16,200 nt of DNA, from assembly GCA_049423385.1 (NCBI GenBank), contig JBMSQQ010000078.1, forward strand, positions 1-16,200, read 5' to 3'. Of this stretch, positions 1-7,135 are shown one piece after another. A model generated the notes under the pieces. That model made no database searches, was not told the origin of the DNA, and saw nothing but the letters and a program-made list of their open reading frames with translations. This DNA comes from Silvanigrellaceae bacterium. GTDB taxonomy: Bacteria; Bdellovibrionota_B; Oligoflexia; Silvanigrellales; Silvanigrellaceae. The translations under genes and the position numbers were made by a program. Position 1 is the first letter of the stretch. Every line of letters starts with the position of its first letter.

Positions 1-474
1 TCTTCCCAGGATGAACTGAACAAGTCGATGGGATTCGATGTGGGCGCCGAGCGCGATTTCAAGCTCACCGACGGTATCATGCTCTCCAGCAAGAGCTGGT
101 TTGGCTGGAGCAAGTCAACTTCCAATCTGAGCAAGAAAAAGAAAGAGACTACCGACATGGAACTCAGCTCAGCTTACGGTGTTGAAGTTGCCGCATCTTC
201 GTGGGCAACGTTGCGCGCAGGAGTTGCCGCTTCCATTTATGGAAATACAAAGGAAACTGCAACAGAGTATAATGATGCAAATCAAGCGGGAGCATCTGCT
301 GCAAATTCGAAAACCTCGACTTTTGTATTGCGCGGCATTTCCGCACCAAGAATGGGCGTAGGCTTCAAGTTCGGCAACTACACCATCGACGCATCTCTTG
401 CTCAAGATGGCACAGGCGACCTTGGCTTCTCCGACAAAGTTCTTGGAAAGGTTGAAGTCACCGGACAATTCTAA
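1..474 (+). CDS. Outer-membrane beta-barrel/porin-like protein, C-terminal part (5' truncated by the window edge)
   Basis: Frame 1 is open from base 1 (SSQDELNKSMGF...). Alternating amphipathic strands (YGVEVAASSWATLRAGV, MGVGFKFGNYTIDASL) and the C-terminus GKVEVTGQF ending in Phe fit a BAM beta-signal. Followed by a strong terminator. Confidence 0.75.
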   Translation, partial: SSQDELNKSMGFDVGAERDFKLTDGIMLSSKSWFGWSKSTSNLSKKKKETTDMELSSAYGVEVAASSWATLRAGVAASIYGNTKETATEYNDANQAGASAANSKTSTFVLRGISAPRMGVGFKFGNYTIDASLAQDGTGDLGFSDKVLGKVEVTGQF

Positions 475-513
475 TAGTCTTGTTTTCGATTCGCTGCACA
501 GGATGTGCGGTGT

Positions 514-545
514 GGCAGCACTCTGAAAGGAGTGCTGCTTTTTTT
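514..545 (+). terminator. Rho-independent terminator
   Basis: GCAGCACTC (515-523), T-GAAA-G loop, GAGTGCTGC (530-538), then T7 (539-545), about 40 nt after the stop at 474. Confidence 0.9.
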
Positions 546-606
546 GTGAGCTGTTTTGTGAGTTGAGCTGAAGAGAGCATCTGCATCTGATTGTGGGAGT
601 GTTGTC

Positions 607-1170
607 ATGAAATCCTGGTTTTTGCTGCTGCCTTTCGTCTTGTTAGCATGTCAGCCAAAAGGCACTTCAACTCTCGACAGTCAAAAGAAGTCATTGGAAG
701 ACGCGGCAGTGCTCGAATCAATTGGCAAACGCGTGTCTGCGCTGAAGTTGGAAGGCGGTATGCTGTCATGCTCAGGCATGGACAAAAAGATGAATCTTGT
801 CAGAACCCGTGCCGTCTTTTCCCCCGGAAAAATCGAATCACTGACCATTGCCTCATACGCTGACAAAACCAATCCTTCGAATGTGCTCAATGACTTGAGC
901 CCCGATCTCAAAAAACACGAACTTTTTGAGAAAGAGCTGACAAGTCGTGCGTTGAGAATGGAAATCGACCTTGAAGGAAAGAGGTTCAATGTTGAAGTCA
1001 TCGCAGCCGTCAACGGAGAGCCCCATAAAATTTATGATCTCGACTTCCAGGCCCAATCCGATGGCGAAGGTGGCAAGATTCTGTCGGGATTTTTGTCTTA
1101 CAAGGACATTTCGCTGAGTTTGGACCTCTCGGAGGTCTTGGTTGGTTGTGCGCTGCTTCCCAAGCCGTAA
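607..1170 (+). CDS. Hypothetical lipoprotein, 187 aa
   Basis: MKSWFLLLPFVLLAC: basic N-terminus, hydrophobic core and lipobox LLAC. GGGAG Shine-Dalgarno at 595-599. Confidence 0.8.
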   Translation: MKSWFLLLPFVLLACQPKGTSTLDSQKKSLEDAAVLESIGKRVSALKLEGGMLSCSGMDKKMNLVRTRAVFSPGKIESLTIASYADKTNPSNVLNDLSPDLKKHELFEKELTSRALRMEIDLEGKRFNVEVIAAVNGEPHKIYDLDFQAQSDGEGGKILSGFLSYKDISLSLDLSEVLVGCALLPKP

Positions 1171-1191
1171 GGCGCCGGCTATTCTATTTGA

Positions 1192-1968
1192 ATGTTGATC
1201 AATCTTCTTAAAAATTCGGATTGGGCATTTCTCCTCGACTTTGTTTCACCTTCGTTCTTCAAGGTGATTCCGCCGATGGAGTTGATTGCCAATGCAACCG
1301 CGCTCGCAAAGCGCACCCGTGATCCCCAACTCTACACCACGGCTGTTTCCGACATGCGGCGCTGCCTGACGGACGTGATTGCAGGAATGAACCTGGTTGA
1401 AGGCTCCATGAGCCACCGGGGTGCAGTACCAATATCTGCCGTTTGCGATTTTTCGAACTGTGATTCTGAATTGAAGCGACAGCTCGCGGATCATATCGTG
1501 GAAATCTACTTTGCTCAGATCCTGTCGGGAAAAACTGTTTTGCTCGATGTCCGCTTGAGCCGGTTCGCCCTGGAGGATTCGAATTTGTATTGGAGTCCGG
1601 CACCCTTGTTGGGTGTGTTTTCGGAAAAATTCCAGCAAGCCATGGCAGACTTGTACCGCGGTTACTATGGCGGCGATCCTGAATTGATGAAAAACGCCTT
1701 GAAGGACATTGGTCTTGATTGGGCCTACGATGTTTTCATTGCGCATTTTGGTGAAGGCGATCAAACCGAAGTTCGGTTTTCGCTCGCTCACTTTGTCCGG
1801 ACCTTTCATGATGTGTTTGTCCGCTGCAAGGCGCAGGGAAAATCGCTTGGTGGCGAGTTCGTCCAGCTCGGTGTCCTGTTGGGGCTCATGTATGAGAGTC
1901 TTGAAAGCCTTGGCCAGCCTGTGAATGTGAGGGCGGCCTTTCTCAGGGTGCAGGCTTCCTGCGGATAG
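1192..1968 (+). CDS. Hypothetical protein, 258 aa, resembling a degenerate ABC1/AarF/UbiB kinase C-lobe
   Basis: ATG start 21 nt after the lipoprotein stop. The segment LADHIVEIYFAQILSGKTVLLDVRLSRF...FQQAMADLYRGYYGGDPELMKNALKDIG follows the ABC1 C-lobe pattern without its catalytic motifs. CDS is secure; the family call is by eye. Confidence 0.65.
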   Translation: MLINLLKNSDWAFLLDFVSPSFFKVIPPMELIANATALAKRTRDPQLYTTAVSDMRRCLTDVIAGMNLVEGSMSHRGAVPISAVCDFSNCDSELKRQLADHIVEIYFAQILSGKTVLLDVRLSRFALEDSNLYWSPAPLLGVFSEKFQQAMADLYRGYYGGDPELMKNALKDIGLDWAYDVFIAHFGEGDQTEVRFSLAHFVRTFHDVFVRCKAQGKSLGGEFVQLGVLLGLMYESLESLGQPVNVRAAFLRVQASCG

Positions 1969-1998
1969 ATTTTTCTTGGATCTGCTGTTTAAAAAATT

Positions 1999-2892
1999 TC
2001 AGGGCTGTTCCGACGGGTAAAGAGTCTCGAGTCTTTGAAAAAAGTCATGGGTCTTTGCTGACGTGGTGTCTTCCGCGTCTAAACCTTCGTTCTGCAGGAA
2101 GGAACCAATGAGTTCTGCAGCCTCGCTCACATCTTCGCTTGAAACATCTTTCAACTCTATTTCAAGCTCATAGCGTTTGGGTGCGTCTTGGCCCAAAAGA
2201 TCGGAGTCACGTCCCAGTTGAAGCTTGAATGTTTGACGTGCAAAACTCTCAAACGGTATTTGCCATCGCTCCTTGAGAACCACGGCAGCGGGCACAAGTG
2301 GAGCTTGAAGTTTTGCGGTTGCGGCGTCGAATGACTCCAATTTTGGCCATTTCTGATTTTGCCAGGATGCTTGGATTTGCCAGAAATCATCCAAGCTGAA
2401 ATGTCCTTGTCCTGCCCTGTTTTGAAGAAACAGCAAGGACTGGTCGCAGCGCTGTTTTGTGGCACTGGTGATTTGGAGTTTTGAGTTGGCCGACGACCTT
2501 TGGGTCGAGTTCCAGGTGTAACCACCCGCTGCGAAGGACTGCAGAAAATCGATCCATGATTTCTGAACAACAACCTCGTCTGATCGCTGTTGAATGCGAA
2601 GTTTGCCGCGAGGTTCAATGTGGTGAATTAGAAAGGCGCCCGATCGGAAAATGTCGAAGTAGTGGTCGATTCGTTTTGATGCTGAGCTCTTCTTTTGCCA
2701 ACGCCGCAAAAGCCTGTTGAAACCATCCTCGTTCAGGCCAAGGTGAAGCTCGATTTCAGTTTTTTGCGTTATTGAATCTTTTTTATCTTCATCCGCCAGG
2801 GCAGGGTGAAATGCCAGGCCAGCAAAAAGCAGTGTCATGCTGTTGAGCATCGAGGTCCATCGGAAATGAACTTTGCGCAAGCAATGACTCAC
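1999..2892 (-). CDS. CYTH/triphosphate tunnel metalloenzyme-like protein with N-terminal signal peptide
   Basis: Motifs in CYTH order: EIELH (ExExK-like), DHYFD, LRIQQR, K, KERW, YELEIELK. N-terminal LLFAGLAFHPALA-D signal peptide. GTG at 2892 has GAGGG upstream; TTG at 2895 or a later ATG are alternative starts. Confidence 0.7.
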   Translation of the reverse strand: MSHCLRKVHFRWTSMLNSMTLLFAGLAFHPALADEDKKDSITQKTEIELHLGLNEDGFNRLLRRWQKKSSASKRIDHYFDIFRSGAFLIHHIEPRGKLRIQQRSDEVVVQKSWIDFLQSFAAGGYTWNSTQRSSANSKLQITSATKQRCDQSLLFLQNRAGQGHFSLDDFWQIQASWQNQKWPKLESFDAATAKLQAPLVPAAVVLKERWQIPFESFARQTFKLQLGRDSDLLGQDAPKRYELEIELKDVSSEDVSEAAELIGSFLQNEGLDAEDTTSAKTHDFFQRLETLYPSEQP

Positions 2893-2934
2893 CAAATCCC
2901 TCTTTCAAGCTCGAATCGATGAAGAGAGCCTATA

Positions 2935-3480
2935 TCAACGCTGGGGCGAGGTCAGTCTGCAAATATGACGCTTTGGTGAGTATTCCAGCTTGAGCAGCCA
3001 TTCCTTGGCGGCCTCTCCCCCCGCATATCCAGAGAGACGACCCGACTTTGCAACTACCCTGTGACAAGGGATGACGATGCAGAGGGGGTTCATTTTGTTT
3101 GCCGTACCGACAGCCCGCGCGGCTCCGGGATTGTTCAACATCTCCGCCTGCCTCGAATAGCTGAAGGTGGAGCCATAGGGGATTTGCATCAGGGAATTCC
3201 AGGCAGCTTTTTGAAATTCACTCCCTTGAAGCGAGGTTGGAAGTGAGAATTGCTTGCGCAGACCCAAGAAATATTCGTTCAGCTGCTTCTGGGTTTCAGT
3301 CAGGATGGCATTTGAGTTTTGCAGAACTTCACAGTCCCGCGGAATGATACGGGCAAGCACTGATTCGAAGTTTTGACCAAAGGCGACCATCCAAAGAAAA
3401 TTCTGATCCGCAAGCAGTTGCAAATCACCCACAGGACTCGGGAATAATGCTCGCCAGAATTGAGGTCTGTTCGAGGTCAC
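2935..3480 (-). CDS. ogt: Methylated-DNA--[protein]-cysteine S-methyltransferase
   Basis: SPVGDL, QLNEYFLGLRKQF, GSEFQKAAW, IPYGSTFSY, ARAVGTAN, active site IPCHRVV, GYAGG..K.WLL.LE. GTG at 3480 forms a GTGA overlap with the upstream stop; GTG at 3492 is an alternative. Confidence 0.95.
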   Translation of the reverse strand: MTSNRPQFWRALFPSPVGDLQLLADQNFLWMVAFGQNFESVLARIIPRDCEVLQNSNAILTETQKQLNEYFLGLRKQFSLPTSLQGSEFQKAAWNSLMQIPYGSTFSYSRQAEMLNNPGAARAVGTANKMNPLCIVIPCHRVVAKSGRLSGYAGGEAAKEWLLKLEYSPKRHICRLTSPQR

Positions 3481-4220
3481 AGTCGTTTGCACTTGCGAAG
3501 ATTCAGCCCCATTTCATACTTGAGGTCGAGTCCATCGACGGCAAATGAAATTGTGGCATTCTCGCGCAGCTTGTTCAGTCGCACGAAGATGTCCGAATGA
3601 TAATTGAACATGCGCGAGCGCTCGCGATTGCAAAAGCGTTTGTGCGGAGTACCGGGGCGTTCATCCTCGGGGACCCGGGCAACCGGTTGAGGCATGATCA
3701 GCAAGGGTTCATTGAAGATTTGGTTTGCGGGAAAAACCGCCGAGGCCGATGCCATGTTCAAATTCAAATCTCCGGGATTGCTTTTACCGTTGGGTTGGCG
3801 TCTGGCAAAATTGCTCATGAAATCGAGACGTGCCTGTATGCCCTGTGATTTGACGATTCCATAAGTGAGTGTTTGGTTTATTTCCTCGATGCGCTTTCCT
3901 TGCTCCACCTCAATCGGAAGAACAATCTGGCAGGGGCTGATGCTGACATTCGACTTTCGGGCATTGCGATACTCTTCGCCCAAGGCAGTGAAAACGAACG
4001 AAACCATGTCTCCGTTTGTGATGACGAACGCATTCTGGTTGGGGTCGCTCGAGCTGCCAAACCGACAGCCAATTCCTTTGGACGCCAACATCTCTGGATG
4101 CCAGATGGTTGATTGTGCGAGTGCAACTGGCACATGAATGGTGCACGCGATCCACAGGAGCGCAGCAGGTTTGCTGAGAAGAGACCGGTAGATGGGTTTC
4201 GCTCTGAATTTAAGACTCAT
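3477..4220 (-). CDS. Secreted DUF4360-like protein
   Basis: ATG at 4220 with GGAGAG upstream, signal peptide ending VALA-Q. Pattern GIGC..GS, GD.VSFVF, CQIVLPIEV.QG, YG, a third Cys and terminal DGLD...LNLRKC matches DUF4360 as recalled. Confidence 0.65.
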   Translation of the reverse strand: MSLKFRAKPIYRSLLSKPAALLWIACTIHVPVALAQSTIWHPEMLASKGIGCRFGSSSDPNQNAFVITNGDMVSFVFTALGEEYRNARKSNVSISPCQIVLPIEVEQGKRIEEINQTLTYGIVKSQGIQARLDFMSNFARRQPNGKSNPGDLNLNMASASAVFPANQIFNEPLLIMPQPVARVPEDERPGTPHKRFCNRERSRMFNYHSDIFVRLNKLRENATISFAVDGLDLKYEMGLNLRKCKRL

Positions 4221-4385
4221 TTGTGCTCTCCGGTCGTTGGGCTCGGCCAATCACAGATACAATTGGCCAGCTAGCCAGTATTCAAAAATCCAGAAGAATG
4301 CAAGAAAAAACGATAGAATCCCGAGAGTCTGCTGCAGCATGGTCTGCAAGGGAGGCAAAACACCGTTTTCGTTGGTGCGGATGGC

Positions 4386-4412
4386 TCAAGAATTAAGGGA
4401 AACCACCGAAAA
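4386..4412 (+). promoter_or_regulatory. Sigma28 (FliA)-like promoter of the M48 peptidase gene
   Basis: TCAA (4386-4389)-N15-ACCGAAAA (4405-4412), upstream of GGAGG and the ATG at 4436. Confidence 0.6.
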
Positions 4413-4435
4413 GCTTGGTTTCGGAGGTTGGAACC

Positions 4436-5710
4436 ATGGCAAAAGATGTTGTTCAAAGGGCTGATTTTATTTCGGTTTCTTCGACGATGTCAGTGGTTTT
4501 CCTTGCCTCTGTTTTGATTCTCACATCGTCCTGCAAGCCAGCAGGGGAAAATCATTCCGGAGTTCAACACGGCGTCGGCAACACAAGAGTTTCCCAGCAG
4601 GATTTTTTACCTTGCAAAGAAATTCCAGCATCGCCGGGCTACAGCGAAACCGTCCGCTATCTCAACGATTTGAAGAATGCCATCGCACGCGCGAATCCCA
4701 GAACATTCGAGGGAGACCTCGCACCGGAAAATATTTGTATTGCGCTTGATACGTCCGATCGTGGAACGGGGGGAGGAGCGTTTGGCGACAGTGGACGCAT
4801 CTTGATTGAGCGCATCTCGGTAAAGACGGCAGAGAGTGATGCTCAATTGGGAGCAATACTTTGTCATGAGCTTGCGCACGTTTCGATGAACCACATGCGA
4901 ACAACCAAGAGTTCGCGAAATGGCGAATCATTGAATTTCACGCATGGCATTGGGCCTGATCGTTATTTTCAACAACTCCAACAATACCCCAGTTACAGAA
5001 GCGAAAAGCAGCAGCTTGATTCGCTCAACCGTAGACTTGCCGAGGTCGATCGCGAATATGCAACAACGCAAGCACAATTGAATCAACTGGCGGAAGCGGT
5101 ATTTACGAAAGACGTCATTGAGTCGGCCAAAAAAAGTGAAGCTGGAGCCAAGGCTGCCATTGAATATCTTTCCAGGTGCTCAACAGAAGCTTGTCAAAGA
5201 CTCAAGTCAGCGAACGACAAAATCAGTTCTCTGGGAGTTGAAAAAAACGAACTTCACCACAACAAAATTCCAGTTCAGGAGTATAGGGTCTATCAGGTTG
5301 CAGGAGCTCTATTGCCGCCCGATGTCATGTTGACCTGGTTGGAACGCGAGGCCGACGAGGTGGGGCTCGAACTGTGCGTGCGTGCAGGTTTCGACACCCG
5401 GAAGCTCCTGTCACATCGGGAAAGCCGTATTTTGGAATCTGGCTCGCAAAGGTACAACGGTTGTCGGATTGCCATTCAAAATGCGCTTTCCAATTTGCCG
5501 GCTGCAAAGGATCCTTACGGACGTGTGGTCGAGATACCCATTTCGGATGCCCAATTTCCTGGTCCGCATCCTGAAGAATGCTGGCGATTGTTCAACATTG
5601 AGCGCGAGCTTCTGTTGCACGCCAGAGACTTTCAACCCTTTAAAAAGAACCTTGCGACGGTTGTGCCCGGAGGGCTGGAGCGTGCAAAGAGTGAGTTGCA
5701 GGGTAAATGA
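4436..5710 (+). CDS. M48-family zinc metallopeptidase, probable lipoprotein, with helical insertion
   Basis: GAFGDSGRILI, SDAQLGAILCHELAH (HExxH, 4865-4879), EREADEVGLELCVRAGFD (third ligand) and HP....R motif. Hydrophobic segment ending LTSSC. GGAGG at 4423-4427 supports ATG 4436. Confidence 0.88.
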   Translation: MAKDVVQRADFISVSSTMSVVFLASVLILTSSCKPAGENHSGVQHGVGNTRVSQQDFLPCKEIPASPGYSETVRYLNDLKNAIARANPRTFEGDLAPENICIALDTSDRGTGGGAFGDSGRILIERISVKTAESDAQLGAILCHELAHVSMNHMRTTKSSRNGESLNFTHGIGPDRYFQQLQQYPSYRSEKQQLDSLNRRLAEVDREYATTQAQLNQLAEAVFTKDVIESAKKSEAGAKAAIEYLSRCSTEACQRLKSANDKISSLGVEKNELHHNKIPVQEYRVYQVAGALLPPDVMLTWLEREADEVGLELCVRAGFDTRKLLSHRESRILESGSQRYNGCRIAIQNALSNLPAAKDPYGRVVEIPISDAQFPGPHPEECWRLFNIERELLLHARDFQPFKKNLATVVPGGLERAKSELQGK

Positions 5711-5720
5711 AATTCGATTT

Positions 5721-6896
5721 TCAGCAGGCATCGGCCAAAGTTTTCATTTCCATGATGTGAGCTTGAGCATTTGTATGTTCGGGATTCAATTTCAGGCACT
5801 CTTGAAATGCGGAGATGGCTTCGATGTTGCGGCCGTTTTTCCTGTTGGCCAAGCCGAGATTGTAATAGACGCTTGATCTCAAGTTGTTATCCTTCAAATG
5901 TATAAGCGCCGCTTTGTAAAGCTTCAAGGCATCTTCGAATCTGTTCTGGTTCAGTGCATGAATGCCTGAGTTGTTGAGGAAGGACGCTATCTCATCTTCG
6001 CTGAGTGGTTCCGAGAATATTTTGATCGACTGTTCTATTTCTTCTTCGCTCAGAGCGCATTGTGAAAGACTTTCGCGGGGATCAATTGCTGTGGGATGCA
6101 CGGCGAGCGCTGCCATGTATTTTCCCTTGGCCTCTTGCTGCTTTCCCTGGTGCATCAGCACGTCGCCCATCATCGTCAAGCGATCGGGATTGTGTGGGCA
6201 GATTTTGTTCGCGGCATCCAGGATGCGCAGGGCAGTGTCCTTTTCACCCATCTTCAGCTCTGCTCGTGCCAAGAGGTTCATGGCACGAACGTTGTGAGGT
6301 TCGAGTTGCACGATGCGCAAAGCGGTGTCGCGTGCATCTGCATATTTTCCCTGTCGGAAGCAGTAGTTTCCATATTCAAGTTTTACGATGAGATCGTGCG
6401 GATAAGCGGAGTAGGCTTCCTCGATGGCCTTGTCAAAATCACGTGCCACACCCTCACTCCGAATCATACGAAGATTGTGAACAAACGATTGGCTTGCCGA
6501 ACGGTTGTCGTCTTCTTTTTTGATTTCAAGAATCCTGAGTCCGAGGTTGCTCAATGCCGATGCCAGCTGGAGAGCCTTGCGCAATCCGCAGTCGGAAACC
6601 AATGACAAGACAGAGACAGTGAGTTCGGGAGCCAGGACAATCCGTTTGGTGTTCGCGGCAACTTCGTGTCGAACCAGGCGCTGGTGAAAGAGATTGATTT
6701 GCGAGGGCTCAAAGTTTCTCAGGTTGTGTACGAACATGAGTGGCTTGCTGTTGCCAATCAGCGACATGCACTCTGCCGGAGAAGTTGCAGGAATCACAAT
6801 AAAGCCCGCACTTTCGGAAGACTGCTTTAGTTTCGTCATGTCCTGCGAAACACTCAAAAGCACAATCGACTGTTTTCCAATTGCCGGGTTTTGCAT
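5721..6896 (-). CDS. Tetratricopeptide-repeat protein with N-terminal pseudo-receiver domain
   Basis: ATG at 6896 with AAGGAG upstream. Several TPRs (YGNYCFRQGKYADA, MGDVLMHQGKQQEA, YYNLGLANRKNGRNIEAISAFQECLKLNP). N-terminus has REC-like spacing (AGFIVIPATSPAECMSLIGNSKPLMFVHNL). Confidence 0.82.
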   Translation of the reverse strand: MQNPAIGKQSIVLLSVSQDMTKLKQSSESAGFIVIPATSPAECMSLIGNSKPLMFVHNLRNFEPSQINLFHQRLVRHEVAANTKRIVLAPELTVSVLSLVSDCGLRKALQLASALSNLGLRILEIKKEDDNRSASQSFVHNLRMIRSEGVARDFDKAIEEAYSAYPHDLIVKLEYGNYCFRQGKYADARDTALRIVQLEPHNVRAMNLLARAELKMGEKDTALRILDAANKICPHNPDRLTMMGDVLMHQGKQQEAKGKYMAALAVHPTAIDPRESLSQCALSEEEIEQSIKIFSEPLSEDEIASFLNNSGIHALNQNRFEDALKLYKAALIHLKDNNLRSSVYYNLGLANRKNGRNIEAISAFQECLKLNPEHTNAQAHIMEMKTLADAC

Positions 6897-6917
6897 TCTC
6901 GCGGTCTCCTTTAATGG

Positions 6918-6944
6918 TTTTCGGCGGTTTGTCCGCGTAATTGA
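6918..6944 (-). promoter_or_regulatory. Sigma28 (FliA)-like promoter of the pseudo-receiver/TPR gene
   Basis: Minus strand TCAA (6944-6941)-N15-GCCGAAAA (6925-6918), just upstream of the Shine-Dalgarno. Confidence 0.6.
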
Positions 6945-7041
6945 TGGTGTTTTTCGGATTCGTGAATAATCCAATGGTTTCGGTGTTTTGTTGGATAGTC
7001 TCGGGGCTCGCAAAAGCAATTGCAGGAAATTTCGGGAGAAA

Positions 7042-7059
7042 ATCGAATTTTAATTCGAT
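7042..7059. promoter_or_regulatory. Perfect inverted repeat, candidate operator in a divergent intergenic region
   Basis: ATCGAATT-TT-AATTCGAT between the divergent starts at 6896 (-) and 7136 (+). Confidence 0.45.
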
Positions 7060-7086
7060 CCGCCTTTTTGGTTGATGTGTTGTCGT

Positions 7087-7113
7087 TCAGTTAAAGTGTG
7101 AAAATGCCGATAT
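7087..7113 (+). promoter_or_regulatory. Sigma28 (FliA)-like promoter of the protease-like lipoprotein gene
   Basis: TCAG (7087-7090)-N15-GCCGATAT (7106-7113); the -10 box matches GCCGATAA at 7 of 8 positions and lies 22 nt before the ATG at 7136. Confidence 0.62.
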
Positions 7114-7135
7114 CCCAGCAAGGCTGCGGGGGATT

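Noticed and set aside
1966..1998. Terminator between the convergent genes ending at 1968 and 1999
   Set aside because: Only a weak AT/GU-rich stem is possible.
4192..4464. Small ORFs in the divergent gap (4192-4464 +, 4271-4456 -)
   Set aside because: They overlap the starts and promoter motifs of flanking genes and have no protein-like features.
6897..7019. 41-aa basic extension of the TPR ORF
   Set aside because: It contains the AAGGAG Shine-Dalgarno and the promoter-like motif for the ATG at 6896.
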